Below are positions 10,253-21,863 of a stretch of DNA of 64,000 nucleotides, in pieces. Below the pieces are notes generated by a model. It saw only the letters and a list, made by a program, of their open reading frames with translations. It had not been told where the DNA came from and made no database searches. The DNA lies in contig CAVXXK010000001.1 of the NCBI GenBank assembly GCA_963765675.1, positions 448,001 through 512,000 of the forward strand, written 5' to 3'. The stretch's first letter is position 1, and every line of letters begins with the position of its first letter. This DNA comes from an uncultured delta proteobacterium. GTDB lineage: Bacteria; Desulfobacterota; Binatia; Binatales; Binataceae. Both the position numbers and the translations under genes were made by a program.

Positions 10253-13034
10253 ATGGATCAACTTTACTTCGTCGTTCATACCCATTGGGACCGCGAATGG
10301 TATCAACCGTTCCAACAGATGCGCGCGCGGCTGGTCGCGATGGCGGATCGGATGATCCCGCGGGTCGAGAGCGGCGAGATTCCGTTCTTCCACTTCGACG
10401 GACAGACGATCGTTCTCGACGACTACCTGGAAGTGCGGCCCGCGATGGCGCCGCGGCTGCGCGCACTTATCCGCGCGGGCAAAATCCAGGTCGGTCCGTG
10501 GTACGTGCTGGCCGATAGCTTCCTCGTGAGCGGCGAATCGCTCATTCGCAATCTCGAGATCGGAATCGAAACGGCGCGCCGCTTCGGCCGTCCGCTCGAC
10601 GTCGGCTATATTCCCGATCAGTTCGGACATATCGCGCAGCTCCCGCAGATTCTGGCCGGGTTCGGATTTTGCACCGCCGTGCTATGGCGCGGAGTCGGCG
10701 CCGACGTCACCGCAAATCGTTTCACGTGGGAAGCGCTCGACGGCTCGGCGGTCAGCGTCGTGTACCTGCCGTTCGGCTACTCGAACGGCGCAAATTTTCC
10801 GCTCGAGTCGGTCGAGAGTTTTCTTGTCCGCGCAAATCAGATCGCCGAGCGCGAGCGCGCGTATGCGCGACGGCGGTCCGATTCTGGTGATGACCGGCAC
10901 TGACCACACCGAGCCCGACCCACGGCTGGCCGCGCGGATTCGTGAAGCGCGCGAGGTCTCCGACTTGAGCGTCGAGCTCGGCCCACTCGAAGGCTTCGTC
11001 AACCGCGCGGACGCGCTCGCGCCCAATGGGCTGGCGCATCATCATGGCGAGATGCGCTCGCCCCTGCGCGCGCATCTGCTGCCCGGAGTCACGTCGGCAC
11101 GAACCTGGATCAAGCAGCGCGACTTCGCCAACTGCTACGCACTCGAGCGGCTGGCCGATCCGGTCGCGGCGCTCGCGTCGGCGCTCGGCGAGACTTCGAA
11201 GCATCGCGAATTTCTCGATCTCGCCTGGCGCCTCGAGCTGCAGAATCATCCGCACGATTCGATTTGCGGATGCTCGGTCGATCAGGTGCATACCGACATG
11301 CGCTACCGCTTCGATCAGGCCGCAATAATCGCGGAGAACGTGGTGCGCGCAGCCGCGGCGGAGGTTCTCGAGCACGGCGACGGCGGGCTGGGCGCGGCGA
11401 TCGCGGTGTTCAATCCGAGTTTCGCGCGCCGCGCGCTGGTCACGGGCGAGCTCGAGCTTCCCGATCCGGCCGCGAGATATTTCGTCCGCGAGCCGGACGA
11501 AGTGGCGATTCCGATCGCAGTCGAAGTTACCCGCGCCGCGCGCGCATTCGAAATGGAGCTGCGCGCCTCGGAGTTCAAACCGATGGTTGCGGCGCTCGTT
11601 CATCCGACCCTGATGAGCCGAACCGTCAACGGCTACGAGCTCAAGCAAGCCGGCGCGGGCCGGGTCGAGCTCGCGCTGACGATGAGTCGCGCGGCGACGA
11701 GCGAGCTTGACCTCGAGGAATTTCGCAACGCGATTCGTACGCAAATTGCTGACGACGCGATGATCCACATTCGCGCGACGAATGTCGCGCGATGCGCCAT
11801 CTCCTTCGTGGCCAACAACCTGACCCAGGCCGGTTTTACGTTCTACCGCCTGGAGCGTGAGCCTTCATCGACGGCGCCGGAGCATGCGACGCCGCGCGAT
11901 CGGATCGAAAACGAATTCTATCGGCTGGGTCCCACGTCCAACGGAATCGAAATCGAAGACCTGCGCGCCGGGCGGCGGCTCGCGCTGCACTTCGAGGACG
12001 ACGGCGACCGCGGCGACGAGTACAACTTCGATCCGGTCCTCGGAGCTGCGACGATTACCGCGCCCGCGAAGATCTCGTCACGCGTCATCGAGGACAGTCC
12101 GGCCCGCAAGCGAATAGCCGTCACGCTCGAATATGCGATTCCCGCCGCGTTAGCTCGAAACCGCGCCGCGCGCGACGCTCGGACTGAACCGCTCGAAATC
12201 GGGTTGTGCGCGACGCTTCACTCCGGTCTCGATCGGATCGATCTCGAAGCGCGCGTAAATAACCGCTCGCGCGATCATCGTCTGCGCGCTGCTCTGACGA
12301 CGCCGGTCGCCGCATCCGAATCGGTCCATGATACGAGTTTCGGAATTTTGCGGCGCCAGCTTGCCTACGCGGAACCTAAGGGAACCGAGGACCTCTATCC
12401 CACGGGACCGCATCGCACGTTCACCGCGGTCGAGTCGGCGGACTTTTCGGCGGCAATGATTAGCCGCGGCATCTACGAGGCTGAGGTGCGTGCGGATGCC
12501 GCGGGATCGACGATTCTGCTCACGCTGATTCGCGCGGTCGGGTGGCTCTCGCGATCGGATCTGGCCACGCGCCGCGGCGGCGCCGGACCCGAGCTCGAAA
12601 CTCCCGGGGCGCAGGAGCTGGGTGAGCATCGCTTCGAGTTCGCGGTCACCACCGCGAACGGCCGTCTGCTCGAGGGCGGGATCGTTCAGCGCGCCGCGGC
12701 ATACGCGGCGCCTCCGAGGATGTTCGCCGCACCGCGCACCGCCGGGGCACTGCCGAGTTTGATTTCGTGTGATAACCCGCGGATCGCGTTTTCAACCGCG
12801 CGCCCCGGCCCGCGCCCGGGCTCTTACTGCGCCAGGGTTTTCAGCAATTCGCCCGAGACCGAGCATGCGCAATTCCGCTTCCACGAGGCGATGCGTGCGC
12901 GCGTCATCGATCTGGCCGGAAACGCGGTGAAGCACGCCGGGATGAGCCGCAAGCGCGGCGGCGCGCTTGAGCTCGAACTCCGGCCGTTCGAGATCGTCAC
13001 GTTCGAGGTCACGCGACGCAAGCCGGCGCAGTGA
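10253..13034 (+). CDS. GH38 alpha-mannosidase / mannosylglycerate hydrolase-like (frameshift near 10865)
   Basis: HTHWDREWY, FDGQ, GPWY, PDQFGH in ORF 10253-10903; HPHDSICGCSVD, DGDRGDEYN in ORF 10824-13034. Confidence 0.85.
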
Positions 13035-13180
13035 AGAAAAATATTTTCGCCAGAGGCCCGCAAGTCATTGATCAACGCGCGCAAATCACTATTTTGGATC
13101 GTGCGAAAGGCGTTACGCGCATCCGCGCGGCGCGACGAAAGTGGAACTGATGAGAACGAAGGAGCGTTAGCCGAAGAAAA

Positions 13181-13399
13181 ATGAACGATCGACCCACCGC
13201 GGTCCGTACCGTGTACGACTATCCCGTCGCGAGCCACCTGTGCAGCGACGGAAGCGTGCGCTACGTCAAGCTGGTCCGCAAATCCGGCAACCCACAGCCG
13301 GAAGGCACCTGCACCACCTGCCAATTATCTTTTCAATACCGCAAACCCAAACCTTCGTCCGTACGGCATCCAGAGGGCGAAGGCATCACGCACTTTTAA
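13181..13399 (+). CDS. small Cys/His-containing hypothetical protein
   Basis: 72 aa, HLC...CTTC; fills the intergenic gap. Confidence 0.5.
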   Translation: MNDRPTAVRTVYDYPVASHLCSDGSVRYVKLVRKSGNPQPEGTCTTCQLSFQYRKPKPSSVRHPEGEGITHF

Positions 13400-13421
13400 G
13401 CCGACCGCCACCCCGCGCGTA

Positions 13422-14249
13422 TCACCTGAGCGGCGTCTGCTGGGCAGCATCCTCCGATGCCGCAGGCATCGTTGTGCGCGCGAGCAGGATGTCCGGGCCT
13501 TTATAGAATCGCGCGAGCGCCGCGCCGACAAACTCCCAGCCGTGATGCGGGTCGAACCACGCATTCAGATGCGGGACGAACGGCGCCATGATCAAATTGA
13601 GCCATCCAAAGTCTGGCTTCAGATCGACTTCCACCATCCCTGGCTGATCCATCGGCGAATTAGTCTGGGCTTGGGCGATCGATACCTTAACCGGAAAGAT
13701 CTTCGGGCTTGGCGCGCAATTGAAAACGTGCGTCTGGAGTGTGCCGAAGCCACCGCGGCGCAAATAATCCTGAATCGGAACCATCACCGAGGCTCCGGCC
13801 CAGATGTCTGCTGGCGGGGTAAGCTGGATCGTCTGGGTCTCGGGCGGCTGGCTGCGAAAATCGATGCAGGTTGCAAGCCCCGACTTCACGTCGAAATTGC
13901 TCTGAAACTCCGGCGCGCCGTTGGCCAGAAAAAAATAGTGATCCGCGGATGCAAGGACCGGCAGCTCACCGGCCGGCCTATCGAACCGATCGGTTTCGAA
14001 ATCATACTGGCCGCTGGCATAGCGGTCGTCGCCGTGCAGCGCGAGCCCGTCGCCCTCCTTCGTAACGGCATAGTGCGCGTGGCCGATTACGCTTCGGCTC
14101 GCGGGATCCAGAATCTCGAAGTCGGCCGACGAAAATCCCAGCAATGTGCTCGCTGGAGCGGCCACCGCCGGCGAACGGGATATGGTAAGCGCCCCCAGAA
14201 GGAGAATCGTCGCCGTCGCCGGCATCCGGATCGAACGCAATAGTTTCAT
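13422..14249 (-). CDS. exported hypothetical protein
   Basis: C-terminal part of the 581-aa ORF; signal peptide MKLLRSIRMPATATILLLGALT...AVA. Confidence 0.6.
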   Translation of the reverse strand: MKLLRSIRMPATATILLLGALTISRSPAVAAPASTLLGFSSADFEILDPASRSVIGHAHYAVTKEGDGLALHGDDRYASGQYDFETDRFDRPAGELPVLASADHYFFLANGAPEFQSNFDVKSGLATCIDFRSQPPETQTIQLTPPADIWAGASVMVPIQDYLRRGGFGTLQTHVFNCAPSPKIFPVKVSIAQAQTNSPMDQPGMVEVDLKPDFGWLNLIMAPFVPHLNAWFDPHHGWEFVGAALARFYKGPDILLARTTMPAASEDAAQQTPLR

Positions 14250-14330
14250 CCTGGCCCGCATAGTCGCGCAGGGTAAGGCTTGCTCCGGGCGCGGCAATTT
14301 GGGAGCTTGATCGCCTCTGAGATTTTCCGT

Positions 14331-15659
14331 GTGAATCCCCCGCAAGACAACCCCGAATCTTCCGTCCAGGGCGAGCGTGCGGCAATCGCGCTCGACATTG
14401 CGCCGCGCAGCGCCAACTACCTGTGGATGCTGCTCGGGCTGCTGATGTCGGTGACCATTTTCGAGGGTTACGACGTCACCATCTTTCATCTCTGCACGCC
14501 CGATATCGCGCGCTCGTTTCATCTCGACAATCGCGCGATCGGAACCCTTGCGTCGCTGGTCAGGCTCGGAGGGATGGCCGCGTTTCTGCTGGTGATGGCT
14601 TCGGACCGGGTCGGACGCAAACCGATCGTTTCCGGAACAGTTCTGTTCTACACCCTGTTCACGCTGCTGACCGCGCTTTCGACCGGGCTCGGCAGCTTCA
14701 CGATCTTCCAAAGCCTCGCGCAGCTCTTTTTGTCGGCCGAATTCAGTATCGCGATTATCATGGTCAGCGAGGAATTCCCCGACAACCTGCGCGGACGCGG
14801 AATCGCCGCGCTGCAGACCGTCGGCCTGTTCGGCGTCGTCGCCGGCGGCGAACTGTACGGCGTCGTAGCGGATTCGCGATGGGGCTGGCGCGGAATGTAT
14901 TTCATCGGAATCCTTCCGCTGCTGTTGGTCGCGTTTCTGCGCCGCGGACTGAAGGAAACCGCGCGTTTCGAGGCGTTCAAAGCCTCGCGCGTTGTGACGG
15001 CAAACTGGCTCAGCGAGATCGGCGCGGCTTTGCGCACCGCGATCGAGCCGATTCGCGGGCCTTATCGGAGCCGCGTGCTGCTGGTGGCGCTGCTGTGGAA
15101 TTGCGTGGGCATCGTCGGCTCGCCGGCGGTCACGTTTTTCAGCCTCTACGCCAAACGCGATCATCATTGGACTTCGTCACAGATCGGGCACGCCGTCGTG
15201 CTGGCGTACGTAATCGGCGCGCTCGGCAATATCGTCGCCGGATGGGCGCTGGATCGGATCGGGCGCAAGCCCACGACCGGAACCAGTTACGTCGTCGGCG
15301 CATTCGCGATCCTCGCGCTGTTTCAGACCGAGAGCCACAGCGCGATGCTGACGGCGCTGGTCATCACCGTGTTCGCATTTCAGTGCGCACGCACCGCGAC
15401 CGCGACTTATTCGGCGGAGCTGTTCCCGACCGAAATCCGCGCGACTTCGTACAGCATGACCGTGCAGCTCTTCGGACAGATCGCCAGCCTGCTGACGCCG
15501 TTTACGATTGGCGCGCTCTCGAATTCGGTCGGCGGACTCGGCAACGCGGTTGCGATCGTCTCGATCGGTCCGGTGATCGGCGCGCTTCTGGTCTGGCGTT
15601 TCGCGCCGGAGACGCGCGGGTTGACGCTTGAGCAACTCGAAACCCGAGGAGTGGGTTAA
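14331..15659 (+). CDS. MFS transporter
   Basis: FEGYD, SDRVGRK, EEFP...RG, LDRIGRK, ELFPTEIRAT, PETRG. Confidence 0.92.
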   Translation: MNPPQDNPESSVQGERAAIALDIAPRSANYLWMLLGLLMSVTIFEGYDVTIFHLCTPDIARSFHLDNRAIGTLASLVRLGGMAAFLLVMASDRVGRKPIVSGTVLFYTLFTLLTALSTGLGSFTIFQSLAQLFLSAEFSIAIIMVSEEFPDNLRGRGIAALQTVGLFGVVAGGELYGVVADSRWGWRGMYFIGILPLLLVAFLRRGLKETARFEAFKASRVVTANWLSEIGAALRTAIEPIRGPYRSRVLLVALLWNCVGIVGSPAVTFFSLYAKRDHHWTSSQIGHAVVLAYVIGALGNIVAGWALDRIGRKPTTGTSYVVGAFAILALFQTESHSAMLTALVITVFAFQCARTATATYSAELFPTEIRATSYSMTVQLFGQIASLLTPFTIGALSNSVGGLGNAVAIVSIGPVIGALLVWRFAPETRGLTLEQLETRGVG

Positions 15660-15669
15660 GAACGCCGCG

Positions 15670-16296
15670 ATGCTCGACACGATCCTCGGCGAGAGTTCTG
15701 ACATCCGGAAGCTACAATCGGTGCTCGCGCGCGCGATGTTTCGCGTCGGCGTCAGCGCGAATCGTCGCCACCGCGCTCGCGGCGATTACCGGAATCGCGG
15801 CGGGAATCGCGTTCGGCGAAAGGCTCCGCCGGATGGGGGATCGCGATGCTCGCGCTGAGCGCCGCGCTCGACGCGATCGACGGCACGATCGCGCGCGAGT
15901 GCGCCGCGCCGAGCGCGCTCGGCGGCGTTTTCGATCTGGTCTCGGACCGCGTGGTCGAGACCGCCGTGATAATCGGCATCGCGTGGGGCCACGCCGAGCT
16001 TTACTTCCCCGCGCTCGCGCTGGTCGGAAGCTGGTACGTGAATATCACGGTGTTCCTCGCGGTCGGCGCGGCGCTCGAGCGCCACGGCCCCAAGCTGATC
16101 GAGTATCCGCCGGGAATCCTCGAGCGCACCGAGGCGCTCGTCGTTCTTCGTGATCCTCGCCAGCGTCGAGTCGATCGGGTTTCTCCATCCAGCCGGACCA
16201 ATCCTGTGTTATGCGATGACCGCGCTGGAAATAGTAACCGGCGCTCAGCGCCTTATCTTCGGATGGCGGATGCTCTCCTCCGCGCCGCCGCGCTGA
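15670..16296 (+). CDS. CDP-alcohol phosphatidyltransferase family (several frameshifts)
   Basis: DAIDGTIARE...GGVFDLVSDR motif; frame changes near 15763 and 16143-16195. Confidence 0.75.
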
Positions 16297-16314
16297 TCAA
16301 GAAACAAGACGGCC

Positions 16315-17224
16315 ATGTCGTCCGACGCGACGCTGGTTCTGCGACTAAGACCTTCGCGAAGTAAAGCGCGAGAGGCGGCGGTCGCCGAGGTTCTCGCTCT
16401 TCTTCGCGGCCTCGACGCGCATGCATCGTCCGGTCCGTTGTCAGAAGTTTCCGGGGTCGCCTGGGTCGCGCTTCCCGAAGCTAACCTCAAAAGCGCGGTG
16501 AGCCGCCTGCGGCCATTGGGCTACACCGGGTCAATCGATCTGGTTGCTCCGCTGAAAAATGTCGGTCCAGCACGACCGGAAAGAAACCGCGCGATGGAAA
16601 GGACGCGAATTCGCATTGGTTCGCCTGTACGAGGAATCAGACGAGACCCTCAGGATCAACGCTCCCGATCAACGGACTTTTCTTCTGGAGTGCGGTGACG
16701 GCGTGGTTCGCGCCATCGCGGGATACCGGGGCGGAAGAGGAGCGCTGGAGCATCGTGCGCTGCCGGTAGCCGACGCCCGGCTTCTCGTAAATCTGGTTAC
16801 ACCTCTGCGCAGTGGCCGCCTGCTCGATCCATTCGCCGGTGCGGGGGGCGTTATTCTTGAGGCGAATTCGAGAGGGTTCGCTACCGTTAGTTTGGACCGC
16901 GATCCTGCCCTTCGATTTGGACTAAGTGGAATCTCGGCCCACCACATCGTGGGTGATGCGGCCGCGCTGCCCTTCGAAGCGCGCACATTTGATGCGGTCG
17001 CGACAGAGCCGCCGTACCACGCAAGTGCGCTCGATAAGATCATTGCCTCGATCTCAGAGGTGGCAAGGGTGATCCGGCGCGGCGGGCGCATTGCATTCCT
17101 GGTTGCATCCAAACAAACCGCCGTCGTCCGCAGTGCCGGCGAGCGTGCGGGTTTGACACTGGAACTCGAAGCTGCGATCAACCGCAAAGGCGTCGAGGTC
17201 ACGTGCATATGCTGGCGCCGATAA
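16315..17224 (+). CDS. TRM11-like SAM-dependent methyltransferase (frameshift near 16570)
   Basis: LDPFAGAGG and TEPPY motifs; split over two ORFs. Confidence 0.65.
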
Positions 17225-17296
17225 TGATGGCGCCAAGAACGCATTTGCGCGCTGGTCGGCGGAGCAGGGGCCGAACTGGGTAGTGACAGAACTGTC

Positions 17297-17998
17297 GTGA
17301 AGCACATCGGCATTGTCGCGGTTAGCGCCGAAGGAGCAGCGCTTTGTTACCGCACGATCTGTCTCGAAGGCGCGGCGATTCTTGGGCCGCATGACCATCC
17401 GGAGATCAGCCTGCACGGGTTCTCGCTCCGCAGATATCAGCGCCTCATCGACGACGATCATTGGGCCGCGGTGGGTGGGATGATGCTGGAGTCGGCCGCG
17501 AAACTCGTCGGGTCCGGAGCGCAATTGCTGATCTGCCCCGACAACACTGTCCACCAGGGGCTCGATCTTGTCCGCGAGCGTTCACCTGCGCCGTGGATCC
17601 ACATTGCCGAGGAAGTCTCCGATGAGGCTCAGCGGCGCGGCTTCAGGCGGCTCGCCATTCTCGGAACGCGCTTCCTGATGGAAGGTCCGGTGTATCGGTC
17701 CAAGCTCGCAACAGCGGGCATCGACTGCCGCGTTCCGAACATAGAGGAACGCATGCGTATCAATCAGATCATTTACGATGAGTTGGTCTACGCGCGCTTC
17801 CTTCCGGAGTCGCGCGCGTATTTTCAAAATGTAATCCGCGAGCTTGGCGAGGGCGGCTGCGATGCGGTCGCGCTGGCCTGCACCGAGATTCCGTTGCTCA
17901 TAAGCGCCGCCGACTCTCCGTTGCCGATCCTCGACTCGACGCGCATCCTCGCTCGGGCAGCTCTCCGTAGGGCGACTTCACCGGAGAACGCAAAATAG
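17297..17998 (+). CDS. aspartate/glutamate racemase family protein
   Basis: CPDNTVH, ILGTRFLM, LACTEIPLL. Confidence 0.88.
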   Translation: MKHIGIVAVSAEGAALCYRTICLEGAAILGPHDHPEISLHGFSLRRYQRLIDDDHWAAVGGMMLESAAKLVGSGAQLLICPDNTVHQGLDLVRERSPAPWIHIAEEVSDEAQRRGFRRLAILGTRFLMEGPVYRSKLATAGIDCRVPNIEERMRINQIIYDELVYARFLPESRAYFQNVIRELGEGGCDAVALACTEIPLLISAADSPLPILDSTRILARAALRRATSPENAK

Positions 17999-18022
17999 TT
18001 ACGGTCGTAGAGGTTAGGTCGA

Positions 18023-18391
18023 ATGGCATCGGAAAAGACGCTCTACAAGAGGATTGGCGGCTACGATGTGCTCGCGGCAGTCGTGGATGAGTTCCTTCGC
18101 ACGCTCTCGTCCGATCCGCGGATGGCGCGGTTCACGGCGAGTTACGAATCGCGCAAGCGCAACCGCCAGCTCACACTTGACTACCTCTGTGCGGCGACTG
18201 GAGGTCCGACTTTCTATCTCGGCAGAGATATGAAAACCGCGCATGCGGGTTTGGGGATCTCCGCGGACGAGTGGACGATGTCGCTGGATCACATCCAGCG
18301 TGCGCTCGTCAAATTCAAGATAGCGGAGCCGGAGAGCAGAGACCTCGTCGCGCTGTTTTCCAGTCTTAGGGATCAGGTGGTCGAGCGCTAG
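18023..18391 (+). CDS. group 1 truncated hemoglobin
   Basis: TLYKRIGG, GGPTFYLGRDMKTAHAGLGI. Confidence 0.9.
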   Translation: MASEKTLYKRIGGYDVLAAVVDEFLRTLSSDPRMARFTASYESRKRNRQLTLDYLCAATGGPTFYLGRDMKTAHAGLGISADEWTMSLDHIQRALVKFKIAEPESRDLVALFSSLRDQVVER

Positions 18392-18425
18392 CACCTGCAT
18401 CAGCGGGTCGCGAAACCCGCTAATA

Positions 18426-18664
18426 TGGCGGGTGGGAGAGGTGAGAGTTTTCTATGTCGTCACGGCCGAAACGGTTGAAATCCTCGGGATCGTCACAAAA
18501 GGCGGCCGGCGTCCTTGATCGGTTTCGAAAATGACGACGACTGGTTCGATTATCGCCTCGAGCACGATCGCGAGTTTTTGCGGCGGGTGGCCGATGCACG
18601 AGAAGCGCTCCGGGCTGGGCGCGGTGTTCGGCTCGAACAACTGCCGCCCAGGCGGTCTGGTTGA
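18426..18664 (+). pseudogene. collapsed RelE/ParE toxin + Phd/YefM antitoxin remnant
   Basis: Manual translation: WRVGEVRVFYVVTAETVEILGIVTK, then KAAGV/LIGFENDDDWFDYRLEHDREFLRRVADAREALRAGRGVRLEQL*; no intact N-termini. Confidence 0.65.
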
Positions 18665-18706
18665 CAGTCGGCCGCTGAGTTCGCAGCATGGCGGGCGTAG
18701 GTCAAA

Positions 18707-19630
18707 ATGACGCTGATGTGCGCTCGGAGAATGCATGCAGACGAGGTGGACACCGACGTCTCTCTCGTCGGCCGGCTGCTCGCGGCGCAGTTTCCGCAGT
18801 GGGCAAATCTCCCGATCGAGCCGGTCGCCTCTACCGGGACAGATAACGCGATCTATCGGCTCGGCGACGACATGGCCGTCCGGCTGCCGCGCACCGATCG
18901 GGTCACTATTCAACTGGATAAGGAGCATCTGTGGCTCCCGCGACTCGCTCCGCACCTGCCGCTTGCGATCCCCGCCCCGCTCGCGAAAGGGATTCCTGGC
19001 GAGGGCTACCCCTGGCATTGGTCGGTTTACCGATGGCTCAGCGGCAGGAACGCCGCGATCGAGCCCGTCGCGGATCTGCGCGAGGCGGCCGCGGCGTTGG
19101 CGCAATTCATAACTGCCCTGCACAGGATCGATCCTACCGGCGGCCCGCGCCCCGGTGGGCACAACTTTGGCCGAGGCGTGCCGCTGGCAACGCGAGACGC
19201 CGCGACGCGGACCGCGATTGCAAGCCTGAAAGGAATGCTCGATACCGACGCAGTTAGCGCGGCGTGGGAGGCTGCCCTTGAGACGCCGAGGTGGGAAGAC
19301 CAACCCATGTGGATTCACGGAGACCTTCTGCCCGCAAACCTGCTGGTCGAACGAGGCCGGCTCCGCGCCGTCATCGACTTTGGCGGTTTAGGCGTGGGCG
19401 ATCCCGCGTGCGACTTGATGCCGGCGTGGATTCTCTTCTCCGGCGAAAGCCGGGACGCATTCCGCGCGGCGCTCTCCGTCGATGATGCGACCTGGGCGCG
19501 AGGTCGCGGATGGGCGCTGTCCTGGGGTTTGATCTTCATCCCGTACTATCTGGAATCCAACCCTGGCAGCGTCGCGATCGCTCGACACGCGATCGAACAA
19601 GTCCTCGCCGATCACGCGCACGCCGCATGA
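18707..19630 (+). CDS. aminoglycoside phosphotransferase family protein
   Basis: GTDNAIYRLG, WIHGDLLPANLL, VIDFG, GDPACDL. Confidence 0.9.
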   Translation: MTLMCARRMHADEVDTDVSLVGRLLAAQFPQWANLPIEPVASTGTDNAIYRLGDDMAVRLPRTDRVTIQLDKEHLWLPRLAPHLPLAIPAPLAKGIPGEGYPWHWSVYRWLSGRNAAIEPVADLREAAAALAQFITALHRIDPTGGPRPGGHNFGRGVPLATRDAATRTAIASLKGMLDTDAVSAAWEAALETPRWEDQPMWIHGDLLPANLLVERGRLRAVIDFGGLGVGDPACDLMPAWILFSGESRDAFRAALSVDDATWARGRGWALSWGLIFIPYYLESNPGSVAIARHAIEQVLADHAHAA

Positions 19631-19654
19631 CGCGGATGAGGAGTCCGCTTCCGG

Positions 19655-20771
19655 CTACTTCTTTTCGTCGGAGGGGCGGAAGAGCTTCATCAATTCATCG
19701 ACGCTTGCCGGAGGACGCGCAGGCTGCGGCGAGCGTGTCGCTCACGTGCTCGACGCTTTTCATTCCGACCAGCGCGACGTTTATTCCCGGCGTCGAGCGG
19801 ACGAACTGGATCGAGCGCTGCGCGTCGGAAGAAAAATTCGGAAAAGTCTCGCCGAGAATTTCCGGCAGCCCTTTCGCGAGGCGACCCTGCAATAGCGATG
19901 CGCTGGCGCACACGCCCAGGCCCATCGCGCCTGCGACAGTCAGCGTCGTGCCCTTCTGATTTCCGACGGTCTGATTCGAGCGCGTGACCGCCTCGGGCAT
20001 CGCGAGGTTGTAGGGAAGTTGAAGCGCGCGAAAGTGATGCGCTTCGCCGGCGACTTCGTGCGCCAGTCGCCAGAGCTCGTCGAGCGAAAGAAAGCCGCGT
20101 TCAGTCGCCGGGGCGCGGAGGCCGTTCCAGGTCGCGATCCCATAAACGCCGATTTTTCCGTCCGCGGCGGCCGCTTCGAGCGTCTCGAACGCCGCGCGCA
20201 TCCGCTTCAGAAACTCCGCGCGCGAGATCTCGCCGAGCTGAGTCTCGGGATTGTGGATGTAATAGATATCGATCGTCTCGAGGCCGAGGTTCGTGCGCGA
20301 CATTTCGAGCATCGTCGCGAGCCACTTGGGCGTCATGCAGTGCGAGCCCTCGACCAGATCGCTCTGCGCGACAATCCCGCTGCGGATGTAATGCTCGTCG
20401 AACCATCCGCGCGGGTCGGGCGGCACCTCGCCGTCAAACGTGATGTAGCCGCCCTTGGTCGCGACGACGATCTCCTCGCGCTTGATCGTTCCCGCAGCCG
20501 TCATCGCGGCAAGGACCTTGCCGATCGTCCGCTCGCTGCGCTGAAAGCGATAGTTCACCGCGGTATCGACCAGGTTGATTCCCCCGGCGAGCGCCGCGGT
20601 CAGCGCGGCTTCGTAGTCTGTGTCAGTCTCTGCGTCGGGCTCGCCAAGATAGGTGCCGATCCCGATCGACGAAACGCTGAGCCCGATCATCGGGCGGAAG
20701 TTTCCCGGGAGATTAGCGAATCGGCTGGCGTATGCCGCCGACGCCTGGGCGGTTGCGCGGCCTTTAAGCAT
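19655..20771 (-). CDS. aldo/keto reductase (probable frameshift near 19720)
   Basis: GIGTYLG, DTAVNYR, TKGGY, YYIHNPE, LQLPYN; natural tail PPASVDELMKLFRPSDEKK* in another frame. Confidence 0.85.
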
Positions 20772-20802
20772 CGACTTTCTCCAGCGCAGACCGGTGCGCC
20801 CG

Positions 20803-21237
20803 TTACGAAGTGAACCGGATCGCGCTTGCGGCAGGCTCGTAGAGCGCCTGGATCACGTTGCCATCGGGATCGCGGATATAGAAAGACACCGAACCGTCGC
20901 GATGATGTTTGAGCGGATGCACGATTTCCAAATGCTCAGCCTGCGCCCATCGCCATCCCGCTTCGACCTCGGCGATACTCTCGACGATAAAACCCAGATG
21001 GTCCATGCGCTGCGCGGCAGGATCGCCGCTGTCGCCGCGATGCAGCGCAAGATTGTCGCATCCCGAGCTCAAGTAAGCATTCTCCGGATCGGGCTGCCAG
21101 ACGACCTTCATGCCGAACACGCGCTGATAAAACGCTTTGGCGCGTTCGACGTCTTTGACCTTGAGCGCCAGATGGCGCAGCCCGCGATTCTTTATCAAAT
21201 GGTTGCCTCGCGCTTGCGGTAACCGACGACGGCCCAA
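20803..21237 (-). CDS. VOC/glyoxalase family protein
   Basis: LRHLALKV, DHLGF, FYIRDPDGNVI; start uncertain. Confidence 0.85.
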   Translation of the reverse strand: MGRRRLPQARGNHLIKNRGLRHLALKVKDVERAKAFYQRVFGMKVVWQPDPENAYLSSGCDNLALHRGDSGDPAAQRMDHLGFIVESIAEVEAGWRWAQAEHLEIVHPLKHHRDGSVSFYIRDPDGNVIQALYEPAASAIRFTS

Positions 21238-21863
21238 ATCGGATCGCTCGGCGGATCGGTCGGGTCGCTCCTGTCGATCGCATCCATATTCTCAAACCCG
21301 CCCGCATCCATAAAGTACCGCGCGACGAGGCCGACGCGATCATGCTCGTTCAGATGATGCCAGATCGCGACGGCTTTGGTCGGGAACATCCGATTCGAAA
21401 ACGTCACGACGAACGGCGCGCCCGGCCGTATCACGCGCGCGACCTCGCGAAAGGTCCGCACAGGCTCGACCATGTATTGAATCGAGACCGTGACCACGGC
21501 GCCATCGAACTCGGCGTCGGCGAAAGGAAGCCGCGCCTCGCGATTGAGATTGTGGATCACGATCTCGGTCAGTTGCGGATTATCCGTCATCTCGGCCTGA
21601 TTCATCCCGAGCCCGACGACTCGCGCCGGATGCAGACTATCGGGTAGATGCGATCGCCAACTGCTCATCAGATCGAGAATCGCGCCGCCTTGCGGAAGAA
21701 GCCGCGCGTAGATCTCGCCGACCTTCGCGATCGCGCCGTCATCGATATGCACCACGCGCCGCGGCGAAGTGTAAAACAGCTCATCGTCCGAGTCGTCGAT
21801 ACGTCCAAAAAATTCTGGCGGGAACGGATTAGGCATGATGGAACCGAAACCTGATTTGATCAC
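21195..21863 (-). CDS. class I SAM-dependent methyltransferase (type 11)
   Basis: ILDLMSSWRSHLP, GLGMN, FSNRMFPTKA. Confidence 0.85.
   Translation of the reverse strand: MIKSGFGSIMPNPFPPEFFGRIDDSDDELFYTSPRRVVHIDDGAIAKVGEIYARLLPQGGAILDLMSSWRSHLPDSLHPARVVGLGMNQAEMTDNPQLTEIVIHNLNREARLPFADAEFDGAVVTVSIQYMVEPVRTFREVARVIRPGAPFVVTFSNRMFPTKAVAIWHHLNEHDRVGLVARYFMDAGGFENMDAIDRSDPTDPPSDPIWAVVGYRKREATI

Noticed and set aside
13422-15167. 581-aa ORF
   Set aside because: Its N-terminal half is the antisense shadow of the MFS gene; the real start is near 14249.
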